64,000 bases of DNA from Sphyrna mokarran (taxonomy: Eukaryota), in contig JAGIQG010000009.1 of assembly GCA_024679065.1 (NCBI GenBank), positions 61,938,001-62,002,000 of the forward strand, in the 5' to 3' direction. Position 1 is the first letter of the stretch, and each line of letters starts with the position of its first letter. Of the stretch, positions 37,732-49,164 are shown one piece after another. The translations under genes and the position numbers were made by a program. The notes beneath the pieces are model-generated. The model was not told where the DNA came from. It ran no database searches and worked only from the letters and a program-made list of their open reading frames with translations.

Positions 37732-38870
37732 TATGACAAAACTGTATCTTTAAGAAATGTAATTGTGTCATGTTTCTTATGCAGCATTTGTTTTAGCAGT
37801 TTGTCTTATTATTGATGCTATTTTGCCTGTACTCATCAGCCCCTATTGTTACAGCAGCAGCATAATTGGTCCTAATTGCTAACAGGTTTATTTCAACCTG
37901 GACAAATGCAGGGTTGTTATTTTAGTGTTTTTCAGAGAGAGGTTTGATTCAGGTTTTGACAGGAAAAGTCATGTGATGGGGTGAGGCTAGGCTCACAGAG
38001 AGAAACACAGTTGAGCTGCTGTTTGGGAGATATGGAGAGAAGAAACAGTTTTCTTCCTGTCTCCTTCGCTCTCTGGAGACTGGAGACTGGGATTTGACAG
38101 GAAATAGACCTCTTTCTCTAGGGTGTTATAATTTAACCAATGAGAATATTAAGAACCTATTACAATATAACCAATGGTGACATGCTGTGAGAGTTAGCAG
38201 ACCAAGTAGCTATGTAACCAATGGCAGAATGATGTGGTGATCAGCTGACCTGGTATAAATAGAAAACAGTTGGGGATTGTCAAAAGCTTGTGTAGCCCAG
38301 AGTATGGTAGAGTGTTGGTGTAGTGAAGGTTCTTCATTAAATATTTTTCTTTGCTTTATTATATGAAAGTAGTTCTTTTATTTTTTGTAACTGAAGTATC
38401 CTAACTGCCTGGTAAGCATAGGGTTCTTCTACTTGAAAGTAGATTCTTTTTTGGAAACTTCTTAATGGGAGTCAGAAGGCAAGTGTCTGTCTGTATCTTT
38501 CAAGAGGGATCAAAAGGCTGGAAATCTAGTATCCACGTGAGCATAATTGCTTTAGTGCTAATTGGTCCTGAAGAAGGATGTATGTCTTGAGGGATGTTTT
38601 TAAATTGGAATTAGAATTAGATAACTTATGAATTATACTTTGTCATGTTTAAGTATTTCAATTGGTTAAACATTATGCTAACTTTTGTTTATATTCTAAC
38701 TACATTATTAATTAAAGCTTTTTTAAATTTAAAAAAAACTGTCTAGTGAGTCAATAGAATCACACCTGGAGTGAATCACTTTATGCCCAAGTTAAAGCCA
38801 AAATCAAATAAAGTTGGGGTCTAGGCTAACTCTGTAATATACTTTGGAGTTTCTGATCTGCTCCCTAATA
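37732..38870 (+). mobile_element. Solo-LTR-like element with 4-bp TSD
   Basis: CAAG direct repeat at 37728-37731 and 38871-38874; removal restores the CR1 sequence ATCTGCAAG|GCATAAGTCAGG; ends TATGAC...TAATA read as decayed TG...CA; similar to 14163-15006. Confidence 0.7.
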
Positions 38871-40009
38871 CAAGGCATAAGTCAGGATTATAGTGAAATA
38901 CTGTCCAATTGTCTAGTTGAGTGCAGCTCCAGTTCATTCACCATCCTAACTTGGAAATATACCTCTGTTCCTTACTGTAACTGGGTCAAAATCCTGGAAT
39001 TTCCTGTCTACAGGTGTACCTACAGCTGAGAACTACAGTGATTCAAGGAGGCAGTTTATCACTAGTTTTTCAAGGACAATTAGGGATTGGCAATTAATGT
39101 TTATCTATCCAGTAATACCCACATCCTATGAATGAATTTTAAAGAAGTTTAATCTTCTCCAATTTCAATCCTGTTCCTAACAACAACATGCTGCCTCTGA
39201 CGTAATATTACTAGACATTCTCATTCAGACTGGTGTAGGGAATGGAAAATATTATACTTGCACAGCAATGATTGAAGGATATAATTAAAGCAAAGAGGAA
39301 GAAGCTTCATCATTCTACTTTGAGCTAAAGTAAACATGATGTGGAGTCACTTCATATTAATCAATGTCCTAAGTGGAAATATGTTCTTCTGTTCCTTGTC
39401 CTTACTACTAAGCACAAAATTTGACTGCCTCACACCACTAGGTAGATGGGTCACGTGTGGCCTTAAGATAGGGAGCCTTGCACATAACTGAGTGCAATTC
39501 TGGCATTGTCAAAAAACATACAAAATCATTAAGGAAGAAGTTTCCTTTCAATTCTGCAAGCACCACAGAGGCAATATTGCCAAGGGAGCTGTGGTGAAGG
39601 TGTGCCAGAGTGTCATTAACTATAGCAATAATGATGGCATAATTATGTAATGGCACATAACCTCATCCTGTGGCCTCATTGCTTCATCACCAGAGATTTC
39701 AAAAGTGCAGCACAAATTGCAGATTGGAAAATGTGATAAGTTTAACGTTTTGAGTTAAAACAATAACTGCAGCCATATCCACCCGCTGAGGGGATCATTC
39801 AAGTTTATTTTTTCTCCCACCCAAAACAAGCAGAAATCTTTATAATAAAGCAAATAACTTTGCCTGAATCCACACCGGATTGATGCTGTCATTGTGATGT
39901 TTGCATTATGAATAACTGTTGCCCAGTGTTATTTAAAACAGTGTGGATAGGATCTCCTCTAATTGGTACAGCCACTAAAATGACGTTGTGCTACAATGAT
40001 GACCATAGG

Positions 40010-40450
40010 TGAAGTCTTGAGTAATACCCTTGCCTCTAAGGCTGTGTGCTAACTGTTCCTCTCCAACAACTTGAGTATAACCTCTCAGCTTAGCCCCTCT
40101 ATGCAGTAGTAAGGTCACTCTATAAAGGAGTATCTTTTGATAGAGATGTTAAACCAAGGCCCTATCTTGTCTTTTCAACTAGATGTAAAAAAGAAATCAT
40201 GGTACTATTTCAAAGAACAACAAGTTTCTCCCTAGTGTCAATCCAATATATATCTTGCAACAAACACTACCTAAATTAGATTTTCTGGCTACTTATTTCA
40301 TTGCTGTTTATGGGGTCTTGCTGTGCATGCAAAATTGACTACTGTGTTTCTCTATATCAAGAATAGCCAAACTTCAAAAGTACTTCATTAGCTGTAATGC
40401 GAGGTCGAATGCCTGAAAGCTGTGAAATTATAGAGATGCCTATTTTTTCT
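40010..40450 (+). mobile_element. DeuSINE (SacSINE1/AmnSINE1-related)
   Basis: GAGATGTTAAACCAAGGCCC...GATGTAAAA...CATGGTACTATTTCAAAGAA...TCATTGCTGTTTATGGGGTCTTGCTGTGCA...CTTCAAAAGTACTTCATTAGCTGTAA. Confidence 0.8.
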
Positions 40451-41269
40451 TCCCTAGGCATGCTTGCTGGTTTGGGTTGACTTAGCTCATCTGGGCACTG
40501 AGCACATCTCGACACAACTGGCCATCGGCATGGTAGAACAAAGCCAAACACACAGCCAGTGTTCTAGTCTCTGACTTCAGTTATTGACTGGGAAGGTCCA
40601 CCTGAAGACAAGAGTTTGCGAACTTCCTGAACTGCAGGCTCCACCCTTCCCCAAACATGGATGTGGCCTGCTATTGATAGGGACCAATTTTATCTCCTTT
40701 GTATTAAGGGCCCTGCCCCATTTCTGGAATCACGTCATAAGCCAGTTAAATGGTAATAAAGGCCACTACCTCAGGAGTCCAGGAAGGAAGTATAGCCTTG
40801 AACCTCAAAGGCAAAAATGCTCATTTGTAAGAACATTTCTTAATTTCAGCATCCTTACAACTACACTACCCTCAAATAAAATTGCAATCAAATTCAACCT
40901 GTAACCTAATGACCTTAAAGCAATTTAAAAGGAGTTCACCGACTCCTGTGTTGGTGAATAATATTTTACAATGCACTGATTATATATTATAGGATCTCAT
41001 TTGATTTGATCCAGATTGCAGTTGAGTTTTCTGTTGTTTGAAAGTTATGAGAGTTTAGGATTGGGTTGATCAATCCCGCTCGTTCTGTCCGCAGGTTAGC
41101 CATTCATAAACCAACAACAATGATGCGAAAAGATAGTCACTTAAATCAGTTAAGCTGCTCATTCCTCCTCCTCTGACCTCTGCCTAATGATGGCTTCAGA
41201 TCCTTTCCCAGCTAATTCCCCTGTCAGTCTAACTCCCACACAGTCATTCTTCTGCGGGAAAAAAAGAGG

Positions 41270-41430
41270 CTTGGATTGGGAGGATCTGCATGCCTTCAAT
41301 CTTCCAGTGTGGCCAATGGAAGAAAAAAATGTCTCAGTTGAAGATTATTAGCTGAGCCAATGGCGTGCACCAATGTGTTTCACGTGACTACATTTCCCCC
41401 GTCTTTCACATGGGTATTATATAGTTCAAT
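41270..41430 (+). promoter_or_regulatory. Pol II proximal promoter
   Basis: ATTGG 41275-79; CCAAT 41313-17, 41357-61 and 41370-74; E-box CACGTGAC 41381-88 overlapping GACTACATTTCCC 41386-98 (ZNF143/THAP11-associated ACTACAnnTCCC motif); TATATAG 41418-24; strong donor ~200 nt downstream. Confidence 0.75.
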
Positions 41431-41444
41431 TCAGTGCAGCAGAT

Positions 41445-41634
41445 AGAAGCAATACTAGTGCGTTGGGATGTCTGCACAGAAGTGCCCGACCAAAGTGACT
41501 TTAAACTGAAGCTTGTTTCTTTGTATAATTAATGGAACTTCCTGCTTCCTTTCCTTCTCAACTTGTAGTAAAACTAAACGCGGCACTGCACAGCTTGAAG
41601 AATATTCATAAGAGTCTATTCTTGCATCCGAACT
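41445..41634 (+). other. Candidate first exon (5' UTR; TSS approximate)
   Basis: Begins ~25-30 nt after the TATA-like box and ends at ACT|GTAAGT (41635-40); contains ATG 41532. Confidence 0.6.
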
Positions 41635-41813
41635 GTAAGTATTTTCTTTTAATACGCTTGCCTTGTGAGACTGCTTCAGCGCACAGCTCCAAAAGATTTG
41701 GCATTTGTGTGATTTCTATTAAATGACAAATAAATATCCCGGAGGAATATTTGAATGAAGTTTAAGAACGACTCACATACCATACAGTGACCTTAAATCA
41801 CTTTTTTTTGCAG

Positions 41814-42067
41814 GGTGGGGTGGGGGGAGGTGGGTGGTGGTCATTGGTTGCTTGGTGGTGCGGGAGAGAAAGTAGACAGCCCGAGGGGAACTGTCTGTCT
41901 GTCTGCTGACTGCAGCACAGACTCCTTTAAGCAGTGGCAACCCTCTGCATTATTCAGGGAGCAGGACGAGATGAAGTATGCTGCTTGTGATAACACATTC
42001 ACCGTGTCCAATCAGTTCCACTGCAAGCACTAAGTAGAACAAACTCGGCTGACCCCATGACGAGGAG
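41814..42067 (+). other. Candidate second or alternative first exon with uORFs and a terminal ATG ACG AGG AG
   Basis: Acceptor CTTTTTTTTGCAG (41801-13), donor GAG|GTACGG (42068); overlapping uORFs 41971-42033 (20 aa) and 41978-42037 (19 aa); ATG 42057 leaves 11 nt, phase 2. Confidence 0.5.
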
Positions 42068-42699
42068 GTACGGCCCTGTCCAGCCAACTCAGAGTTTAGC
42101 TTGTACAATGAGTAGCTGAAAAAGCCCAGAGCTTTCAAGGGGCACAGCTGAAGAGCTTTGAAATTCAAACAAAGGGCAAGCAGGAGGGATTTTTTTTTTG
42201 TTTACATTAATTAATCTTTCCTACATATTTTTGCATGCAGCCCTGAGCAGTGCTCAATAAATCTTGAAGCAATCTGGACTCCTTTGCACAGACGATCTTA
42301 AATCTGCCTCCCGTTCTTGGGAGACGTATCAAATACATACATTCATGTAACATGGGAATATGTTCATTTTTTTTCTGAGCTGAGCTTTTTTTTCTTTTTC
42401 TTTGTCTGCCATCATGTCATCCACAGCTCCTCCTCCATTCCCTGCTCTCCCCCCACCCTCCCCGTTCAACACCACCACCCACTGTGAGCTAAGACACCTG
42501 AAGGCTAGACATAATGATCAGAGCTCTCGCCTGTCTGGCCTGCAGCCAGCTTTTTTTCTACAATCGAGGAGCCTGCACGCAATGCATGACGAGTCTGTTC
42601 TACTGCACTAAGAGAGCGGTAACTGTGGGCTTCCATATGCCACAGACAGCTAACTGAAGCAGTAAACGGGAGCCAGCCTTCCCTTTGAGCATTTTTATT

Positions 42700-44830
42700 T
42701 TAATGCACAGATTAATTTAATTTTTGAGGCGTCCACACTCATAACGCCGGCAAGCTTCTTCTTCTTCTTCCCCCCCTCACCCCGTTATAACTATCGCCAT
42801 AAACTTTGTGCAGAGTTTGACCAGACCAGATGGCCGTGTGTCCCTTTTCTTATTTAGATGAGATTCTTCCTTTCAATAACATCATTCTTTCTGCTCATAA
42901 GGCCCTGCTTAAAATTTCCAGCAGAAGGAATCAGCTGAGTATTTTCAATACTAATTGACCATATGCAGAGGAAGGGATCGTGTGGTAATCACTGGGACCA
43001 TTGTAAGGCTAACGGGATCAAGCCGGTCTTTGTCTCATCTGCAATAGCCGCGGCGGAAAAAAAACTGTACAAAAAATTTAAATATTTTTGCAATGCTGAC
43101 GTACTTTATTTCAGGGCTGTTTCATTGCTGACAACTCATTTACGTTGAAGTGCTGGGGGAGGGGGGGGAAGGTGGAGAAGCAAACTGAATTAACTGGTCT
43201 GCTCCACACACTTCCATTCACTTGTTTTCAGTATTGCGACAATAAAATAAAATCCTCTTGTCGCTATTTGTTCTGGATATGCGGCTTTTAGCTTCGAAAC
43301 TTTGTCAGCTATTTGATTCTTTTTCAGATGGGGGTGGGCGCAGCGGTTGAAAGGGAGGGTATATGTCTGCGCGTAGAGAAATAATTAATAACCGCCAAAT
43401 ACAAACACTTGTACTGAGTGAAGCGTGCGATCGTAGTGCTTTCCAGTAAATTGATCCCCGCTATACACAGGGTGGTGTATCTCTACTATTTGCATTTTTT
43501 AAGGGTGTCTGGAATAACCTCAAGTTGACACTGTATCAATAATGGACCTTTAGAATTGCTGCTACCTTAGCAGGCATTCCATTATCACCATTGCCAGACA
43601 GAATAACTACTTCACTGGCTAGCCTGACTGCCTCTTTGAAAGCAAATGACTCGCACCAAGGAATGAATTTAACCTCTTCTGTGGTGATCTTGCTGTAGCT
43701 GTGCTCAAGTGCACACAGACAATTTGGTCTTCAAAGAACACGGCGCGGCCACAACTTGTGGCCTCTTTTTTCAAAAAAAAACCTTACACGTGTCTCTTAC
43801 CCGGACCCTTCCCTTTTTATTACACCTTTCCTCCTCTACCTGGATTTGAATGGCTGTCAGACAGACGAGTAATTTGCTGGGCAATAGATTGTTTGTTTGA
43901 TTTGTTGGGGGGGGGGGGTGTAGGTGGGGCAAAGATACTTCATCTATTATGGAACGTAACAAGGGAAATGTCACCAAGAAGGAGCCATCATTTACATAAC
44001 CTTCAAGCAGCCAGGTCTGTCCGAAGACGTTAGAAGGCACTGCGCGTTGATTTATCGCAAGGTGGAAATCGAACAAAAGATAATATCCCTTCAAGAACTC
44101 CTGCAACCAGAGTCGGCTTTAAATGATTAAAAAAAGTATCTTGACAGCTGAAACAAATCATCGCCATGCCCGAAGAAGAGCTGTGCCTTTTTCACTGTAT
44201 TAGTTCTGCTATCAAAGCACCAAAGAGCATCTGCAATCTCTCCAGACTCCAGCTTCTAATAATGCGGATTTAGATCGGTTTGATGGAATTAGGAGGTAGT
44301 CATAACAAGAGGTTCCTGTGAAATCTAATCTTTGTTTTGGGAAAAAAAAAAGCACTGCCTATTAATGCTCGGAATTCTTCCAATACTGAACGCGATGGGG
44401 AGATGATGGGGGTGGGGAATGAGAAGCTGGTGGATAATTACGCTGCTGGTGATCTTAAGTATATTCTTTGGATTACCATGTCTGGAAAAGAAGAAAGGCG
44501 AGTGTCGCATGATGAATCCACAGGGGTTGTCTGGACCTTTCATACAGAGCAAAGTCTGTGTAGTCAGTGCCCTAGCCAGGGTCAGCCTTTTGCCCTTCCT
44601 TACACGCTGCTCTGTACTCCAGGTGCAGCCACTTGCTGCCTTTGCATACTCTGAGCAGGATTGTGATGCGAAGGCATGGACTTCAGCCACCGAATGATGG
44701 TGCGCGGGTTTACAGCTGTACAAACCCCCTACGCAAACAACGTTAAGCCAGACGCAGTGCACGATGCTACCATAGTTAAATCTGCTCCGCAGAGGGTCAC
44801 ACTGACCTGTTAACAGCCCATGCGTCAAAT
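42700..44830. promoter_or_regulatory. Relatively CpG-rich, repeat-free 5' intronic region (CpG-island-like)
   Basis: Visibly more CG dinucleotides (GCCGCGGCGG, GCGCGT, GCGTGCGATCG, CGGCGCGG) than the flanks; not formally counted. Confidence 0.5.
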
Positions 44831-47194
44831 TTCATTTTACTATTTGCTCAACTTTTTTTTTCTCTCCAACCCTACGATTTTAATAGCTGGAATTTTAACC
44901 AGCTAATTTCATTCAGGCTAGGAAAGCTGCCCTCGCTAGTTCACTTCTTTATTTAAAAACTCAAACACTTAAGATACATAATTTTGCAAAGTAATTCCAA
45001 GGGAACAAGCCACAGTTCGCAAAGGGTTAAAATTATCCAGTGCCGCCTCCCATCCCCTTCCCCCGTGGGTAGGAGAGGCCAAACTTGGCTCAGAATAGCA
45101 TGGAGGTTGTAACCATGGCAAATAGTCTGTTCAGTTAAATCAAACATGGCACTAGAAGAAGGCATCATTATCATCATCACTCATTAGCTAATGTTGGACA
45201 GATCAAGTGGAAGATATCCAGTGCATGTCACCAGCATCTGGAAAAGTCCTTGTTGGGATTGGGTTTTTCATCATTTTCTCCACCAGTTTCAGACTATCTG
45301 GCCAGAACTTTCTATATGTTCCATATCTTTTAGATCAACTTTGCTCTCTTAGCATGAGTTCTTACAATATATGAATTTCCATATTACTTCATGAAACAGC
45401 TTCCAATGAAGTAGATTTCTTAAATCTCAATCCCCTGTTATGAGGCAGTTGCACAAAATTAGACCTACGCAATTTGAACAGGAAAATTTGAATCTACATA
45501 GGATAATTAGATAAAAATTGGTTACCTTGATACTATTGAATTGTTTCCTATTTCTAACCAACACCCACTCCCACCCATTTCCAACCATTCACAATGATAA
45601 CTTGATTCAGGCCATTAATGGGCATGTTTCGAGTCAATGTTTTTACCACAATTTAATTTTAACAGCAAATCTTGACGCATTTCTTCCTTAGAAATGTGTT
45701 CCTTGTAATCCATTTTGCCACCCTCTGTCTGGAAGATGAAGCCAAACCTCGTGACAATCAATAATTGAACAGCCAGCAATTGAATTCTGTGAAGAGATGC
45801 ATTTAAAATCAAAAATTCAGACATGCTGTGAGCCTGACTGTCTGGTTGGATTGCAGCAGACATGCGGACCTGTCTAGAAAGCTTTTCACCAAAGCTCTGT
45901 CATTCCATCTAAACCTAATGTCAGAAAATTCCTCCATCTAGTGCATTAATCCCATGCCTTAGGATGTATTATTGCATTGTCACCAATATGGAAAATATCC
46001 TGAAATGGGCAGATAAAAATGAAAAATGCTTAACTAAAATCAGGGATAAAATTTTTCTTCAGGGCCAAATATGTGGATAGACTGTGCTGCACCAGGGACA
46101 CAGTCAGTTCTCCCAGTCAGACAATGAGGGTTACTGAATAACCTGCCATTAAACCATTAGACGATGTATGTTTTTATTCATTGTCCCAGTTTAAGAATAT
46201 ATAATTATTAACATTTCAGTTCAATGGGTTCAGGTTTTTAAAAAAAAACATAGAAATCTCAAGAAAATTAAAACACTTATTCCTGACAATTCAAAAAAAA
46301 AATCAATTTATAAAATTCAGTTGAGAAATACAAGAGTGCTCTGTAGCAAAAATGTGGTGATTTCCTTCAGTTTGAGGTTTTCCCTATTGCTGGTTTATGT
46401 CGTGGAAATGCAAGATAATGAATAACTTGGGTTGTGACTGAGGGGCATCCTGTATAGATCGACCCACTTTCATTTGCACATTAGTTCCACTCTTGGTCAC
46501 GTAGCCTTTTCACTAGCCTTTCCACCAGGGTATTCAGTTTCCTATTTGTGGATCGTAATTTATTTTTTTGAGGTTGTACATTACAAGAATCAACTTTTTT
46601 TAGGTACCCTGAAGCTTTTGGCCAGAAGCGATGCTTTCTTTTTTGGCTTTTAAGTTACAGAACTGACTATACAGGTACAGGCAAAGTTAGTGTTTTATTT
46701 CAAAGCAGGAAAGGGAAGGCGGTGACATTGAGGGTATTCTGATGAGTGTGCCCAGGCTAATTGAAGAGCAAGTTCATCAGGCATCAATATGTTTGCATTG
46801 ATGTCGTAAACTCAATCTGCTTTTAATTTTTACTCCCTTTGTTTTCTGAACAAGTCAAATCATGCTTAATACATTTAGAACAAGCAAACAGCCATTTCCC
46901 AAGTGATCATCCCCCACAAACTGGCGTGCGGATTGGGTTTTAGTGCACTATTTTGTCAAGGGAGCATTGCAGTCAACCTGCCCTAATTTGCACACTCAGT
47001 GACATCAATGTAGGAGAGTAATTGTAAGCAGGGATGCCAATTTGCTTTTCCTTCCCACCAAAAGGATTTTTTTTTTCCACAACTTCTCCACTGAGATCAA
47101 TGATTTTGCTCATCTGTTTCAATAGGTAGGGCATATCTCCCCCTGCCCCACTGAGCCATCCATAGGGCAATAGTGACAAGGCCTATAGCTTTAT

Positions 47195-47362
47195 TTTAAT
47201 CAATTTCATGGGATGTGGGCATCACTGGCTAGACCAGGATTTACACCACCTACTTGCTCTTGAGATGGTAGTGCTGAGCCACCTTCCTGAACCACTGCAG
47301 TGTCAAGTATGTTGTTGGAACCTAATGCTGTTGGGAAGGGAGTTCCAGGATTTTGACCTGGT
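47195..47362 (-). mobile_element. CR1 3' tail fragment
   Basis: TTCATGGGATGTGGGCATCACTGGCTAG...CCTTCTGAACCACTGCAG...GGGAGTTCCAGGATTTTGACC. Confidence 0.8.
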
Positions 47363-48574
47363 TGTTTTATAGTTTTTCCTCGAAGAGATAGAATTCTTGA
47401 AATTCAAGCCTGTTTTTTAAAAAAAACAAGAATGCTGAGGTTTGAATTAACTTCAGTTATATTTCCAGTGCAATTAGTCTTCACTCCTGAGTGCAAGGGC
47501 AGAGACAGGAAAAATGAGATGTCCTTTCCATCACTCCAACCAGCTCACTTCACTGTGCAGCCCAAGGATCTGCACAAAAGATTTTCACCTCATCCTTTTT
47601 CACTTTGTTCAGCTGGGTGAAGGGAACTGTCTGAAATACCATAGTATTTCACTGCATTGCAAAAATAGTAGCTGAAGACATATAACTATAATTTGTCACA
47701 TTCTTTAAATTAAAGATCTTGATACAGAAAGCAAACGAGAAAATTCCAGATATGGACTCAGTCATACTGTAGCTCATACTTGACCCTTTATTTGACACCC
47801 GTATTTATTTTAAAAAAACTTGAAGTAAAAGCATCAAGCGTGACAGCAACCGTATGAGTCAAACTGACCTCTTTGTTTGGCAGTTTTATTAAAAACAACA
47901 GGAAATGGTTGGCTGGAAGGAAGAAAATTAAATAAAACTGTACCATCTAAGCATCTTTTAAGATTAAGAAATCAAATTAAAACTGCAGTATTAGTTTTCA
48001 TTGTACCATCCATTATATTGCAGAGGATTTCTAAAGATGCGCAGTGTCTTTTTGTTCTTTATGCAGTGGAACCCACTAAACCAATGTGGATCTCAGTTCT
48101 CTAATAACAGGCCACTCCATTGGTACTCGAATATTGTGACAAATTTAAATAACAGTATAGAATGACCACAATCTGACTTTTCATCAGACTTCATGCCAAA
48201 AAGGCTACTAAAATTATGGCTATTAGATTATTCCATAGGAAGGTAACTTAAAATAAATCTTAATGAACAGATTTTGATATTAACCATAATTTGCTAAGAA
48301 GTCTATTGTTAAGTCAAAAGTTTGCTTAATTGATATTGGATTCCCACCGTTTTTAGCCAAGACAACACTGTAGGAATAAAGTATTGAATATCAACCGAGC
48401 AATGAGCTGGGTCAAAGCTTTGGTTCAGATCTTCCTGTAATCTGCTGAACATGCAAAACTTTCAGAACTGAAGTCGTCATCTTGTAACAAAAAAAACTTT
48501 TCCATCACCAGTTACAAAGACAATAGTTTTTTTCAAATTTGCAGTGCTCTGAAGTTTTCATTTGCAGATTTGTA

Positions 48575-49164
48575 GGGTGCAATTTTCCACTCCATTCAGT
48601 GTGGATGCAAATCCCGCACTGGCTGCTAACCCTAGCTAGAGGGCTAAAACAGGACTTGAGCCAGGGATATCTCTGAATGAGACCTTCCTCTCCCCCATCC
48701 CACTTACAAAATCAAGATCATGCCCAGGGCATGAACCTGATTTCCAATAATTTAAATTCAAATTTTGCAAAAATGGCTTTATGCTGTAACTTCCATAGTC
48801 CCCATGTATTCCTCCCCCTGCATTGACATCACGCCAGTGGGAATCGTTACTGCTCTTCAGAAACACAAAACAGTCATGATGACCATGCTAGGGACTCAGG
48901 TGAGAATAGCGCCGGGGTGATACCAGTGGCAGGGTCTTCAAGGAATCATATTGAGGGCTTCCTGTTATTTAAAAAAAAATGGTGCCCAAATCTCTGGACT
49001 TGGCCTTGTCCTCCCTGTAGAAATGATGGTGCAAAACACGCCCCTCTGCCTTGTTTTTCTTTACAAAGTGTCAGAAGGTCTGGAGAGAAGCTGCCTGGGA
49101 GAAACATGGTGGTTTTCAGACAGAATCTGACTTTTTGGGGGGCGGGGGGGGAAATATTGCATTC
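48575..49164. mobile_element. ~590-bp non-autonomous DNA transposon (Harbinger-like ends)
   Basis: Imperfect TIR GGGTGCAATTTTCC / GGAAATATTGCATTC; flanks GTA and TAA. Confidence 0.55.

Larger units (their letters stand above)
36028..39143 (+). mobile_element. Decayed CR1-clade LINE (RT region and 3' tail) with nested SINE and LTR
   Basis: ORF 36457-36681 DTAKAMG..NI.AIVLK..APELA..LAKLF; L.IKAAFD at ~36866; GV.QGSVL.P at ~37038; tail GGACAATTAGGGATTGGCAATTAATG...CCCACATCCTATGAATGAAT. Confidence 0.88.

Noticed and set aside
42057-42067. Assigning the gene from the 11-nt start (recalled similarity to the LIMS2 MTGS| first exon; RBPJ and SOX6 also have short phase-2 starts)
   Set aside because: Eleven bases are not diagnostic, and no matching downstream coding exon is visible in the window.
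43991-44000. D-box/PAR-bZIP sites (TTACATAAC here; TTATGTAA at ~511, ~39643, ~51030) as evidence of a clock gene
   Set aside because: Several such AT-rich 8-mers are expected by chance in 64 kb, and they are not clustered.
44325-44828. 167-aa minus-strand ORF (longest in the window)
   Set aside because: No domain similarity recognised; likely a by-product of locally higher GC.
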